A stretch of 61,951 bases of DNA, filler included, from Barthelona sp. PAP020 (GCA_040182905.1; 4 parts of 4 records of this genome joined end to end with filler, not necessarily neighbours in it); one strand, 5' to 3'. Counted from the whole stretch's first letter, positions 1 to 10,300 are shown. Notes: generated by a model not told the origin, from the letters alone. Translations and numbers: made by a program.

Positions 1-2
1 AA

Positions 3-86
3 GGTGATTTGGAATTAGATGATCCTTTGCAACAGAAACTAGATAATTTGGAAATATTTAAAGCAAAAACAGAAAAAATAAGATGA
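3..86 (+). CDS. 3' end of an unidentified CDS running in from before the window
   Basis: Open frame GDLELDDPLQQKLDNLEIFKAKTEKIR* from the window edge, followed by AT-rich UTR-like sequence. Confidence 0.35.
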   Translation, partial: GDLELDDPLQQKLDNLEIFKAKTEKIR

Positions 87-580
87 CATTAAGAAGACAA
101 AAATATGTTGGATTAACGCTTTCAAACAGATCACTTGTAATATTAGAATTTGAAAATTTTGGAAAATGCCGAGTTCCTTTTCATTTGTATATCATAATTA
201 TAAACAATAATTGATTTATTCTTCTTATTATTTACCAAAAGTTTGCAATTTATGAAACTTTGATTGAGGGAGATTAACTTTTCAATAATTTTGGAAAGCT
301 TTCTTCAAGCTTTATTTTGAATTATGAACATGAAATAGAGTTTGAAATCTTATTTAAAACAAGGTATGGTGCATTAAACTAAAAAGAAAGGCAATTTTGA
401 AAATTTTCCATCAAAAAAAACCCTATCTTTTGCCTGCTTCGTTTTTTCTTTTTTTCTTTTCTTCTTTTTTAATTTTTAATTATTTTTTCTTTTTTTCTTT
501 TGCTGCATCTTTTCAAATTATTATCAGCAAAATAATTAATTAATAGCAAAATAAAAACTCAAAATTTATGAAAATTTAAA

Positions 581-3148
581 CTATATTTTGTATTCCATGA
601 ACAACCTTGATACACCTAAAGGATTGACTACTTTGCATTGACTCAATAACCAATGAGGAATTTCGATTGAACTATCATCACAGCACAAAAATTGCTTTAA
701 GACTGTTAGATGCAAAGAAAATCCAAAATCAATTGAATCGAACATATCCAAACTCCTCAATGTGATTTCTTGAACATTAATATCCAAAAATTCATAATTA
801 TTAACCAAATATTTACCAAAAAGTTCACAAATTTTTTCCAATTGTTTCATATTTTTGTTTCCAATCATAAAAGCAGCTTCAAAATCCTGTAATTCACATA
901 ATTGAAGAACAACTTCCTCTTTTTTGGTTGAATAAATCCGATGTTTGAGACGATATTGATTTATGAGACTCAATTCTCGCACTATGTGCACATTATAATT
1001 ATAAGAATTCATTAAATCTGAAGCACGTTCTTCAAATGTCATTGCATTCGTGATAAATTTTTCGATATTGATATTGTCACATTGGGAATGTTTCAAAATG
1101 GAAAAAAGGCTATAACTGATATCACACCATTTGATCAAAGTACTGCAGTATTGAAGATTGGAGAAATTTCGTAAAAAAGAAATGAAATGACAACAGGCAA
1201 TATTAGCCTCATGATATTCACCTCTTTGAACATGAAAGCAATACCAAGATTGAATGATATTTTCACTAATTACAAGATCATTATTAATTTTTAATTGATG
1301 TTTCAAAGTGTCTACGATGGTGTTGATAATTGGAAAAGGCCAAGGGAAATCTCCCAAAATGAATTTATTTGCCTTTAAAACTGTTGTAACGAATAATCTA
1401 GCGTAATGAATCTGTTTGCTGGGTTCAATGAGCAAAAACAATTTGAATGCTTCTTCAAACATTTCTGCTTCACAAGCTTTAAAAAAATATGAGGAAAGTA
1501 ATTGTAAAGTGCAAAAATTGGTTTTATTCATACTCGATAATAGAGTTAAGCAATCAGTGACAAAATTAATAACATTTTTAGTGATTGGAAATCCATTGAA
1601 TTCTAATGCTCTTGAGAAATCATCCACAATTGCAATAAAATTATTTTCTGTAGGATTATTTATGAATCGATCTTCAAAACAATCAAGTAGCATCTTAGCA
1701 TTTGTTACATTTTTGCTGAAGATAATTGAATCAAAAGAAACATCATTCAAAAACTCAAAACTGATCAATTCAATATCTTCATCATAAACATATCTTTCTT
1801 TTAATTCTTTTAAAGTTTTATTCCAAATTAATTCCACAAATTTTTGATTGTTTTCCTCTTTTTCTTCTTCTAATAATTTCAACAACTGTAAGCAAATTAT
1901 CAAACTTTTCCGACAATTCAAATATTCTCTATGAGATTCAATCTCAAATTGTTGTTGCAAATCAACCATTAAACAATCACAATCAATCGAATAATCGATA
2001 AGAACTTTCAAAATTTCTGAAACTTTTAATTCCAAGATATACCTTAGGTTTGATATAACGATTTGTCTACATTCAACTTGTTTTTCCTCTTCAAAACCTT
2101 CATCATCATCATTCCAAGGTTTGAGTGAAATCAACAAATTTTTTGGTATCACAGACCCTCTAAATAACCTGTTTATATATTGAGAGACAATAGTCTCATA
2201 ATTCTCTTTGACTTCCATCAAATGATTGCTCAAATAATTATCAGTGAACAAACTAACAGCTAAACATCTCATTTCCTCATCAATTTCATTGAGAACTGTG
2301 AAATTTGCTCGATGTGTCAAGTGATTCTGCAATAATTTGCTCAATATCTGATTGGGTTCAATGTTCAAATGCTCTGAAAATTCAATATTGAACAATTCAT
2401 CAATCAAACCAATTCGTCTATCATTTGAATGAAAAATAAACATTCGACGGTTGGAATCCAGATCTTCAACAGACAATTCTCTCAAAACGTAAGGATTAAT
2501 GATTTCCTGGAAAGAAAGACCAAAAACCTTGATCAATTCATGAGTATTCTTTATTTCTAAGATGTCAACGGCAAAATATTTGTCAAGCATATCCAACTGC
2601 AAAAACTTAAATTCCCCTTCAACTTCGGTATCAATAATTAAATATAAATACTTTGGTGTCAGTTTAGCCGTCATTATATTACAATTCTCTAAAATTTCAA
2701 TATGCTTCAAATTCAGATGCTGTAAACCATGATCTTTCAAACTAAATTTCATTAGATGTAATCTCACACATGAGGCAATACTTATGTATATATTTGAAGG
2801 ATCGTCATAATCTGCGGATACAGATAAAATAGGAGAACTGTATATTTCAATGGTTTCTCGTAATAATATATCTAATTTACTTTTGTTAGTGATGGTAAGT
2901 ACAACTAAATGACCAAAATTATCCAATAAAATGAAATATTTTTGTCCTCTCCAATTGTACTTTTCAAAATGACAATATTCTATTTTAAATTTTCCAAAAG
3001 GCAATAAACTTTTAATATTAAAGGAATTTATAGATGTTTCATCTATTATTTCATCATCTTTAATATATAAAATCCTACCTTCATCATCAATTCGAATGTG
3101 ATTATCATAATTGGTTTCTGTGTCTTCAATTTTAATAGTTGTAACCAT
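581..3148 (-). CDS. NUP160: Nucleoporin Nup160/Nup120-like protein (divergent, compact)
   Basis: 855 aa. C-terminal half resembles Nup160 segments: FEEAFKLFLLI...RLFVTTVL...DFPW, WYCFHVQRGEYHEA, IPHWLLSQCKVVNPLGVSRLFMEY. Confidence 0.6.
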   Translation of the reverse strand: MVTTIKIEDTETNYDNHIRIDDEGRILYIKDDEIIDETSINSFNIKSLLPFGKFKIEYCHFEKYNWRGQKYFILLDNFGHLVVLTITNKSKLDILLRETIEIYSSPILSVSADYDDPSNIYISIASCVRLHLMKFSLKDHGLQHLNLKHIEILENCNIMTAKLTPKYLYLIIDTEVEGEFKFLQLDMLDKYFAVDILEIKNTHELIKVFGLSFQEIINPYVLRELSVEDLDSNRRMFIFHSNDRRIGLIDELFNIEFSEHLNIEPNQILSKLLQNHLTHRANFTVLNEIDEEMRCLAVSLFTDNYLSNHLMEVKENYETIVSQYINRLFRGSVIPKNLLISLKPWNDDDEGFEEEKQVECRQIVISNLRYILELKVSEILKVLIDYSIDCDCLMVDLQQQFEIESHREYLNCRKSLIICLQLLKLLEEEKEENNQKFVELIWNKTLKELKERYVYDEDIELISFEFLNDVSFDSIIFSKNVTNAKMLLDCFEDRFINNPTENNFIAIVDDFSRALEFNGFPITKNVINFVTDCLTLLSSMNKTNFCTLQLLSSYFFKACEAEMFEEAFKLFLLIEPSKQIHYARLFVTTVLKANKFILGDFPWPFPIINTIVDTLKHQLKINNDLVISENIIQSWYCFHVQRGEYHEANIACCHFISFLRNFSNLQYCSTLIKWCDISYSLFSILKHSQCDNINIEKFITNAMTFEERASDLMNSYNYNVHIVRELSLINQYRLKHRIYSTKKEEVVLQLCELQDFEAAFMIGNKNMKQLEKICELFGKYLVNNYEFLDINVQEITLRSLDMFDSIDFGFSLHLTVLKQFLCCDDSSIEIPHWLLSQCKVVNPLGVSRLFMEYKI

Positions 3149-3352
3149 TCTTTAATAGAAAACAAAAGATAACTACAAAAAAAAAAGATGACCTTTTTAT
3201 TCCTTCATGCCTCTTGGTTTTGTGCAAATATACAATTTATTTATTTATTTTATTAAAATATATACAACTTACCCACTAAATTTAAAGAATAAAGACATTT
3301 AAACTTCAAAACAAAATTTCAAAACAAAAAACAATTTGTACAATTTATCCCA

Positions 3353-4033
3353 TCAATCAGAAGCTAATATTGCTCGCATCAATTCTTCATCCTCATCAGT
3401 TAACGTTGTATTATATGTAGCCTCTGGAATCTCAATATCTTCTGGTGATAAATGAGGTTTTGAAGATGGTAAGACTAATGAAACAGGTGTAGATGTTCGA
3501 TCATTATTTATTTCATCATCATTATCATTAAGATAATCACCTTTTGTAAAGTCTTCATCATCTATTTCTTCACTTTTTTCTGTAATGTTTGGTAATGGTC
3601 TGTGCCTTTCTTCTTCTTCCTTTTCTTTTTTCTTTATTTCTTCATTCAATCTTTGTAATGTAGGACTAATACGATGAACTCCATACCCATTCATAGCTTC
3701 AATTTCTTCCACTGATAGTCCCCTGTCTTGATTTGGTTGAAAGGCAGGACTTTTATTTCCGTTTGAAAATCTACTGTGACTCCGACTTTCATAACCTTTA
3801 GGAGGTTCCAAAACATCTGCATTGGAATAATGTGTTGGACTTTGTGATTTATTTAATGTGGATGTAGTTTGATTATTTGTTGGAGTTTTTGTATTGTTTT
3901 CTTCCACCACTTCATTCTTCTTTGTTGGTGTCCTTTTTTCTTGAATAAAATCATTCTCATTAATTTCGGTATCAGAATATGTATCATATGTTTCTTCCTC
4001 CTTTTCGTTCGGTTTTGATCCAGAACTTCCCAT
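3353..4033 (-). CDS. Low-complexity protein with predicted N-myristoylation site and C-terminal UIM-like motif
   Basis: First ATG at 4033 gives MGSSGSK (myristoylation consensus). C-terminus DEDEELMRAILASD resembles a ubiquitin-interacting motif. Confidence 0.6.
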   Translation of the reverse strand: MGSSGSKPNEKEEETYDTYSDTEINENDFIQEKRTPTKKNEVVEENNTKTPTNNQTTSTLNKSQSPTHYSNADVLEPPKGYESRSHSRFSNGNKSPAFQPNQDRGLSVEEIEAMNGYGVHRISPTLQRLNEEIKKKEKEEEERHRPLPNITEKSEEIDDEDFTKGDYLNDNDDEINNDRTSTPVSLVLPSSKPHLSPEDIEIPEATYNTTLTDEDEELMRAILASD

Positions 4034-4183
4034 TAAAATTAAATAAAAATTGAATTTTGATTCTTCTAAATTTGGATTAGTTTCTCTCAAAATTCTTATT
4101 CTTTTCAACTGATTCGTTATTGCATAAACAATTACTTCCTTTTTTTGCTATCGAAAATTCATTGATTTGTACACCACTCTTAT

Positions 4184-4639
4184 ATGTTTTTTCCAAAATT
4201 CATCACTAAAATCCTTCTAATTGTTTTTGGAGTGATTAAACCAGCCTTTTATTCATTTAAGGCTTTAAGAACACCTCAAGAAGATGATGACAAAAAATGG
4301 TTGATATATTGGATAATTTATGCGTGTTTTGCAACTGCTGAGTTTGTTACTGATATTTTGATTGAATGGTTTCCTTTTTATTGTGAAATTAAATTGGGAC
4401 TGTTAATTTGGCTTTCTTTTGAAAAGTTTAACGGCTCTATTATTATTTACCAAAAGTATGTAGCACCTTGGTTATTAAAGAATGAAGATGATATTGATGC
4501 TAGGATTCAGAATTCGTCTCAATTAACCTACAAATATTTTTTGAAGTGCCAAAAGAAAATTATTCACGCAATGAGTACTTTACCATCATCAAATGGTTCT
4601 TTGAAGAAAGTTGATCATTCAAAAAATAAAACTGATTGA
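4184..4639 (+). CDS. REEP/HVA22/Yop1 (TB2/DP1) ER-shaping protein
   Basis: PAFYSFKAL...DDKKWLIYWIIYA...WFPFYCEIKL...GSIIIYQKYVAP family signature. Confidence 0.9.
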   Translation: MFFPKFITKILLIVFGVIKPAFYSFKALRTPQEDDDKKWLIYWIIYACFATAEFVTDILIEWFPFYCEIKLGLLIWLSFEKFNGSIIIYQKYVAPWLLKNEDDIDARIQNSSQLTYKYFLKCQKKIIHAMSTLPSSNGSLKKVDHSKNKTD

Positions 4640-4834
4640 GAATGTACATATCTATTGTTAATAATAGCTTGTAAAAAAAAAGTTTTTTGTTTATAAAATG
4701 AATTTTGTCCATAAAAGATGAAGAGCTTGTTTTTTCAACACATCAATCAAAAGAAAAAAAAGATCCATTCTTTCTTTCTTGAGATTTCATAAGTTTTTTT
4801 TATCAAAGAAGACATTTGTATTTATATTTTACCA

Positions 4835-5449
4835 ATGAAATATATAGATGCTGTTGAATTAGTTGAACTAAGTAATTACATATCGAATCTATCTGTTGAT
4901 AATTTACGAATAGATGGTAAGATTGAATTATTCAGTTGTAAAATGGTGAGAAGTGATAAAAGATTGGCCAAATCTATTGAGGATGCCCTTTATGAATCAC
5001 CATCAAGTCTTGAAACATCTCCTTTTGGTCCTTTACAATATACTGCCAGTAGAAAAGTCTTTGTAAATTTGATTTCCACATTAAATATGAGTTTTCCTGA
5101 TTATGACTTTTCTAATTTGTTACCTTCACAATTTAAAAAAGTTGATGACTTGAATGACATCATAAGTGGAATTGATGAAACCTTTAGAAGTGTTTTACAA
5201 GATAGATTCCCTGATTTTCAAACCAAATTATGGACGGCAATCCAAAATCAAATCACGATTTCTGAATGTACTGCTTACGTATTTTTACCGGAACCTGATG
5301 GCAATCCTTTATTTGTTGATGGAACTTTATGGTCCTTTAATTACTTTTTGGTTGATAATAAACTGAAAAGGATACTGTTTTTCCATTGTATGTGTGGTAA
5401 TCAAGGATTTTCAGATCAGGATGAAATCTTTGATTTTGATGAATTTTAA
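4835..5449 (+). CDS. MAF1: RNA polymerase III repressor Maf1
   Basis: MKYI..., IELFSCKM, SPFGPL...SRKVFVNLISTLNMSFPDYDFS, LWSFNYFL..KLKRILFF. Confidence 0.95.
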   Translation: MKYIDAVELVELSNYISNLSVDNLRIDGKIELFSCKMVRSDKRLAKSIEDALYESPSSLETSPFGPLQYTASRKVFVNLISTLNMSFPDYDFSNLLPSQFKKVDDLNDIISGIDETFRSVLQDRFPDFQTKLWTAIQNQITISECTAYVFLPEPDGNPLFVDGTLWSFNYFLVDNKLKRILFFHCMCGNQGFSDQDEIFDFDEF

Positions 5450-5705
5450 TTGTTCAATCAATAGGAAGAAACAAGGGATTTCATTTTAACTTTGAATTTT
5501 CAGTTTTCGGTGTGTGTATTTTTTTTGTATAGGCATAAAAATAAGTATAAATTTTTCTTTTTTTAATAATTTGAATGGTTAAAATAATAAATATGTAAAA
5601 TAGAAGGGAAATTTATTTACTATCTTCTGTAAAGAAAGAAGAAGAGAGTTAAGAAATTATTTTTCCTTTTTTACCTTCATCACTTCTTTTTTTGAAACTA
5701 AATTT

Positions 5706-5742
5706 TTTCCAAGCCAAGAAGCACTATACGTATGAGTGAATA
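5706..5742. repeat. 37-nt dispersed non-coding element, copy 1
   Basis: TTTCCAAGCCAAGAAGCACTATACGTATGAGTGAATA matches 41593-41629 at 33/37 nt, with unrelated flanks. Confidence 0.8.
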
Positions 5743-5894
5743 AATAAGAAAAATATTCAACCATAAAATAATAAATAAATAAAATTATTTACAAAATTAA
5801 AATAACAATATAAAGCTGAAAATTAAACATGACACATGACAAACATGATAAATAAAAATACCTAATACCATCCAAACATATATAGATTCAATAT

Positions 5895-8309
5895 TTAACC
5901 TCTAACAGGAGATAATAAATGAGGATCACCCAATAATCTTTTTTTATCATCCTGCAAACAATAAATTAACATGAAAGTGCATAAAACAACTCCAACAATA
6001 AACCACAAATATCGAATCCATATAACTTCGACCTCTTCAAACCAAATCAAAACAGAGTCAACATTCTTGATTGAATTCCAAAAAAAAGATCTCTGATATC
6101 TGAATTGAGTCAAAATATCGTCACCATTCGAATCTTTAAAAAGGATTTTAATTGAATGGGTTGTTTGAAGACCATAAATGACAAATCCCTCTGATGACAC
6201 ATTCAGGCTAAAAACTTCACCCTTTAACATGATATCCTTGAGGACCAAAACTTTATCAACGGTAAGAATAACTCTTCTATTGATTCGAATTTGCTGATTA
6301 TCAACAAATTCAACTCCCCCATAACCACTCACAACGCTTTGTAAATACCCACCAGCACCAGTGATGAAATTGATCACTCCACAATCTTCTGGACTGTCAT
6401 TTGTTGGAATTTTTTCATGCCAAACAAGAAAATCTCCTCCATTCAAACGGGTTATTCTATCGAACCATTCTTTTGCTTTGGCATAGTTCTTCAATTTTAG
6501 ATACTCGTTGACCATCACAAAAGAACCCGTGGAATATGTGTTCAAACCAATCTTATCATCGTAATACAGTAGATTGTTGTGTCTTACCTCGTCTTTGATA
6601 AAACTAATGTTATAAGGATATCCTAACATGGGAACTGAAGGTTGATTAATCGTTTTCCCATCATAATCATCACTCTGTAAAATATATTGATTCTTTGCAT
6701 CGTATGGAATATAAATCTTATCTGCTTTAGCAAGCCAAGCCTCACATTCTGAAAAATATGCAACAGGTGAGCAAAGACGCTCAATAGCCCACTTGGTAAC
6801 AACATTTGTGTAGGCATCATTATTCTGATGATCATGAGATTCATCTGGTCCAACAATATCATCAAAGCCATAATAAGTATCGTGAGTAACATTCAAACGA
6901 TCAACCAAATAAGTCAAAATATGCTCAAAGAATGATAAACTCAACCCTTTTTCAAAGAGTTCCTCATCACCTGTGGCTCGCAGATATAAATCAAATGCAA
7001 AAATTACATCAGCACTAATGTGAATTTCGCGAAATCTTTCCTTATTTGCAGGACAAGTTTCAACTCCTGTTGCAGCTGATTCCCATGGTAATCTCAATCC
7101 AATCTTTGAATTCTGTTGACTCCCTTTGAAATTATTGAGCCGATAATCTAAGATTTCCTTGTAGCCCTTGGGAAAAGTAAAAAGCAAAATGGGTCCGATG
7201 AACATTTCTGAGTCCCAAAATGTGTGCCCATTATAACCGTTATTGCTCAATCCACCAGGTCCAAAGGAAGAAGACGAACCAAAAGGAGTATTCATGAGAA
7301 AATTATTTCTGAAGGAAGAAATAGCGGGAAGAGAGAAAAGAATTGATGAAAAAGAAGCAATAGTCAGACGACTCATGTCATGATCATTGGCAACTTGAAT
7401 CGATGTTGCTTTTTCATACAATAACTTTTTAGATTTTCGTAAAAACTTGATGATATCATCAGAAGACTGTTGTTTTTTTAAAAACCTTAAAAAGTTTGAC
7501 AAATCGTTAGAATTTGTTGTGGCTTTTCCAAGACAATCCTGACCAAGCGAATTTCCGGTGCATTCATTCAACATCAAAGCAAAAGCAAACATTTCGGCCT
7601 GATCTTTTGATCTAGTCGTAAGAGAAAGTTCAAAAGAGGAGTTTAATCTTCTGTCGAATAAAACACGCACATAATTCATTTTTTGCTCAGCCCACTCTTT
7701 ATACTTTCCAGCACATCTCAACAGATCATAATCATCGTCTACCTTATGCGTATCACAATTCAAAAAACGTTCATTCCACACATTTAAAGCATCAAAAGTA
7801 TCATCCAAAACCAAATTCAACCTGACCTCTTTACTTAAAGAAGCATGTTCAGCTTTGATCATAAAAACACCAACAGGCTCATCTCCAAACGTTCTAACTA
7901 TCTCAATGCATACCATTTCTTCTTTAGAATAATAAAAATCATAAAATTCACCATAAGAATGAAAAAATACAGATCCTTCAAATGTATAATCAGTTCCAGT
8001 TGTATTCAATTCAACAGATAAAAAATTGGGTAAACCTGGATGTCTGGAAACTAAATCATTAGCATTGTTATTTTCTCCATTATCACCAGACCAAAAATTA
8101 TGAATCCTTAAATCTTTGGAACCAATTGATCCTCCAATATATCCATTTCCAATATAAGGAATATTTAATTTAAAATCTTTTTGATATGAAATGGAAACTT
8201 CTGCACCATATTCCTGAAATCTTGTTTCAAAATTACATTCAGAACAATAACTTATCGTTAAAAAAACAATAATTAATTTAATAAACATTATTATTATCTT
8301 TTTCATCAT
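5895..8309 (-). CDS. Glycoside hydrolase family 65 (acid trehalase/PGGHG-like), signal peptide plus C-terminal TM helix
   Basis: YIGNGYIG, GHTFWDSEMF, LPWESAATGVETCP, EIHISADV, VGPDE, NFITGAGGYLQ; hydrophobic N- and C-terminal segments. Confidence 0.9.
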   Translation of the reverse strand: MMKKIIIMFIKLIIVFLTISYCSECNFETRFQEYGAEVSISYQKDFKLNIPYIGNGYIGGSIGSKDLRIHNFWSGDNGENNNANDLVSRHPGLPNFLSVELNTTGTDYTFEGSVFFHSYGEFYDFYYSKEEMVCIEIVRTFGDEPVGVFMIKAEHASLSKEVRLNLVLDDTFDALNVWNERFLNCDTHKVDDDYDLLRCAGKYKEWAEQKMNYVRVLFDRRLNSSFELSLTTRSKDQAEMFAFALMLNECTGNSLGQDCLGKATTNSNDLSNFLRFLKKQQSSDDIIKFLRKSKKLLYEKATSIQVANDHDMSRLTIASFSSILFSLPAISSFRNNFLMNTPFGSSSSFGPGGLSNNGYNGHTFWDSEMFIGPILLFTFPKGYKEILDYRLNNFKGSQQNSKIGLRLPWESAATGVETCPANKERFREIHISADVIFAFDLYLRATGDEELFEKGLSLSFFEHILTYLVDRLNVTHDTYYGFDDIVGPDESHDHQNNDAYTNVVTKWAIERLCSPVAYFSECEAWLAKADKIYIPYDAKNQYILQSDDYDGKTINQPSVPMLGYPYNISFIKDEVRHNNLLYYDDKIGLNTYSTGSFVMVNEYLKLKNYAKAKEWFDRITRLNGGDFLVWHEKIPTNDSPEDCGVINFITGAGGYLQSVVSGYGGVEFVDNQQIRINRRVILTVDKVLVLKDIMLKGEVFSLNVSSEGFVIYGLQTTHSIKILFKDSNGDDILTQFRYQRSFFWNSIKNVDSVLIWFEEVEVIWIRYLWFIVGVVLCTFMLIYCLQDDKKRLLGDPHLLSPVRG

Positions 8310-8377
8310 TCATAAGTTATATTAAGAAAATAATGAATTCACTTTTTTGATTTTTTTTGACTTTATTTTTTTATTGA

Positions 8378-8728
8378 ATGAATGATGTAGCTTATCCTAT
8401 TCATTATGAACAGTTCTTTAATGAAGTAACTAATGATAAAACAATTAGGGTTTTAGCAAAATGTTATGAACATATTGGGGAAAATTATTATAATTTTATT
8501 TCAGTTTCTGAATTTTCTGTTTCTAATTCTTCTGTTAAAATGATTATAAAAAATTTATCAAAAAATAAACCAATTTTAGACGATATTTATGTACTTTTTG
8601 GATTTAAAGATACTGTTGACAATTACCCTATATTAAAAGTTAATAATTTATTTAAAGTTTCAGACATCGATATCAATCTGTACAATATGAATGTGAATAA
8701 TGTTCAAAGAAAGAATTTTTTATTGTAG
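8378..8728 (+). CDS. Small OB-fold protein, Ten1 (CST complex)-like
   Basis: 116 aa; pattern KTIRVLAK...DIYVLFG...ILKVNNLFKVSDIDINLY resembles Ten1/RPA14-type OB folds. Confidence 0.45.
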   Translation: MNDVAYPIHYEQFFNEVTNDKTIRVLAKCYEHIGENYYNFISVSEFSVSNSSVKMIIKNLSKNKPILDDIYVLFGFKDTVDNYPILKVNNLFKVSDIDINLYNMNVNNVQRKNFLL

Positions 8729-8986
8729 GCAGACTTTCAATTTATTTTCATAACACAACAAACTTTTGTGCTTTATTTTTGTATTTCTGAATTGAATCCA
8801 AACGAATTTGGCATGGTTTAAGCTTTTCATATTATTAAGAATGCTCATCCTTCAACTTATCGCTTTTAAATTGATTACACTTCTTTAACTTTCTTCAAGT
8901 AAGCTATAAAAAAATTTTAAAATGCTATTTACAACCAAAATATATAATTGTTCCACAAAGTATGAATTGTTTTAAAATGACACAAT

Positions 8987-10300
8987 CTAGGAATCATCAT
9001 TGCTCTCGTCACACTCATCGTCTTTTTCATCAATGTACTGACGCATATTGCCACCATTCGTTTCATTGATGTCAACCAAATCCCAACACATGTCAAATGT
9101 CAGATCAAAATCTCTTTGATTCATGTATACTCCAGCACTTACAAATTGTCTTATTGTGGAGCTATTCACCTTCATTGAAACCAGTGTTGCCAAAAGATAA
9201 CCTTCATCCTTTACTAACTCAATTAACTCAGATTGAGACACACGGCAAAAAGTGGCATCAACTGATTCATTATTTTCCAATAATTCTTCTTCATTGGGAG
9301 AATCCATAATATATCCTTTGGAATCATCACCTGTATTCGTTGATTTATACAGTTGATTGAAAAATTGCATCATGGCTTCTCCATCAATATCAATTTCTGA
9401 ATGTTCTAAAAGTAATTTAGCAATGGCAATATGACCCTGAAGACAACTAATGCAGAAAGGTGAAAATTGCCTGATCTGCCACAAATTAACATCAGCGCCA
9501 TGATTCAATAGCATTTTGACAATATCAAAATGACCTTGCAGACAACTAATGAATAGTGGAGAATATCCACCAGTTTTACATGAATTAACGTTGGCACCAT
9601 GATCCAATAGTATTTTAGCAATATCAAAATACCCTTTTTCACAACAAATGAGTAATGGAGAAGTACCATCATTCATGCATAAATCGACATCAACACCTTT
9701 ATCCAAGAGCATTCTGGCAACATTGTAATGACCATTTTGACAACAAACATACAGTGGAGAAGTCCCATTGCTGTTACACAAATTAATATGAGCCCCATAA
9801 TCTAAGAGCATTTCAGCAAGATTAGAATCACCACAATAACAGCTCACAAAGAAAGGAGAGGTGTTATCATTCGAACACAAATTAACATCAGCTCCATTAT
9901 CCAAGAGCATTTTGGCAACCTTATAATGACCATTTTGATAACAAATAAACAATGGAGAAAACCCACCATTCATGCACAAATTAGGGTTAGCTCCGAAATC
10001 CAATAAAAACTCTTCAATTTCAATATTTCCACGGAACATAACACCAATTAGCGTTGTTCTTCCATCAATACCTTGTTTATTCACATCTACACCAGCCTTT
10101 ATACACTGTTTTACAAGTGGCAAATTTCCATCACATGCTGCCTTATATATCTTCTTTGGACAACCATTATCTTCAAAACCATCCACATCAAACCCATTTG
10201 GAACAATAACTTGAGCCATTTTGTGCTTGATAAATGGGTCAACATTCTCATTGGTGAATTCTTCCACAACATCATTTGTTGCAATAATATCAGCAGTCAT
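8987..10300 (-). CDS. Ankyrin-repeat protein (~8 repeats) with conserved C-terminal CWDLVDINE domain
   Basis: 33-aa repeats (GADVNLC..GxSPLxxxCxxGH...KMLLDxG); C-terminal ~80 aa homologous to that of 34949-36175; first ATG at 10300. Confidence 0.9.
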   Translation of the reverse strand: MTADIIATNDVVEEFTNENVDPFIKHKMAQVIVPNGFDVDGFEDNGCPKKIYKAACDGNLPLVKQCIKAGVDVNKQGIDGRTTLIGVMFRGNIEIEEFLLDFGANPNLCMNGGFSPLFICYQNGHYKVAKMLLDNGADVNLCSNDNTSPFFVSCYCGDSNLAEMLLDYGAHINLCNSNGTSPLYVCCQNGHYNVARMLLDKGVDVDLCMNDGTSPLLICCEKGYFDIAKILLDHGANVNSCKTGGYSPLFISCLQGHFDIVKMLLNHGADVNLWQIRQFSPFCISCLQGHIAIAKLLLEHSEIDIDGEAMMQFFNQLYKSTNTGDDSKGYIMDSPNEEELLENNESVDATFCRVSQSELIELVKDEGYLLATLVSMKVNSSTIRQFVSAGVYMNQRDFDLTFDMCWDLVDINETNGGNMRQYIDEKDDECDESNDDS

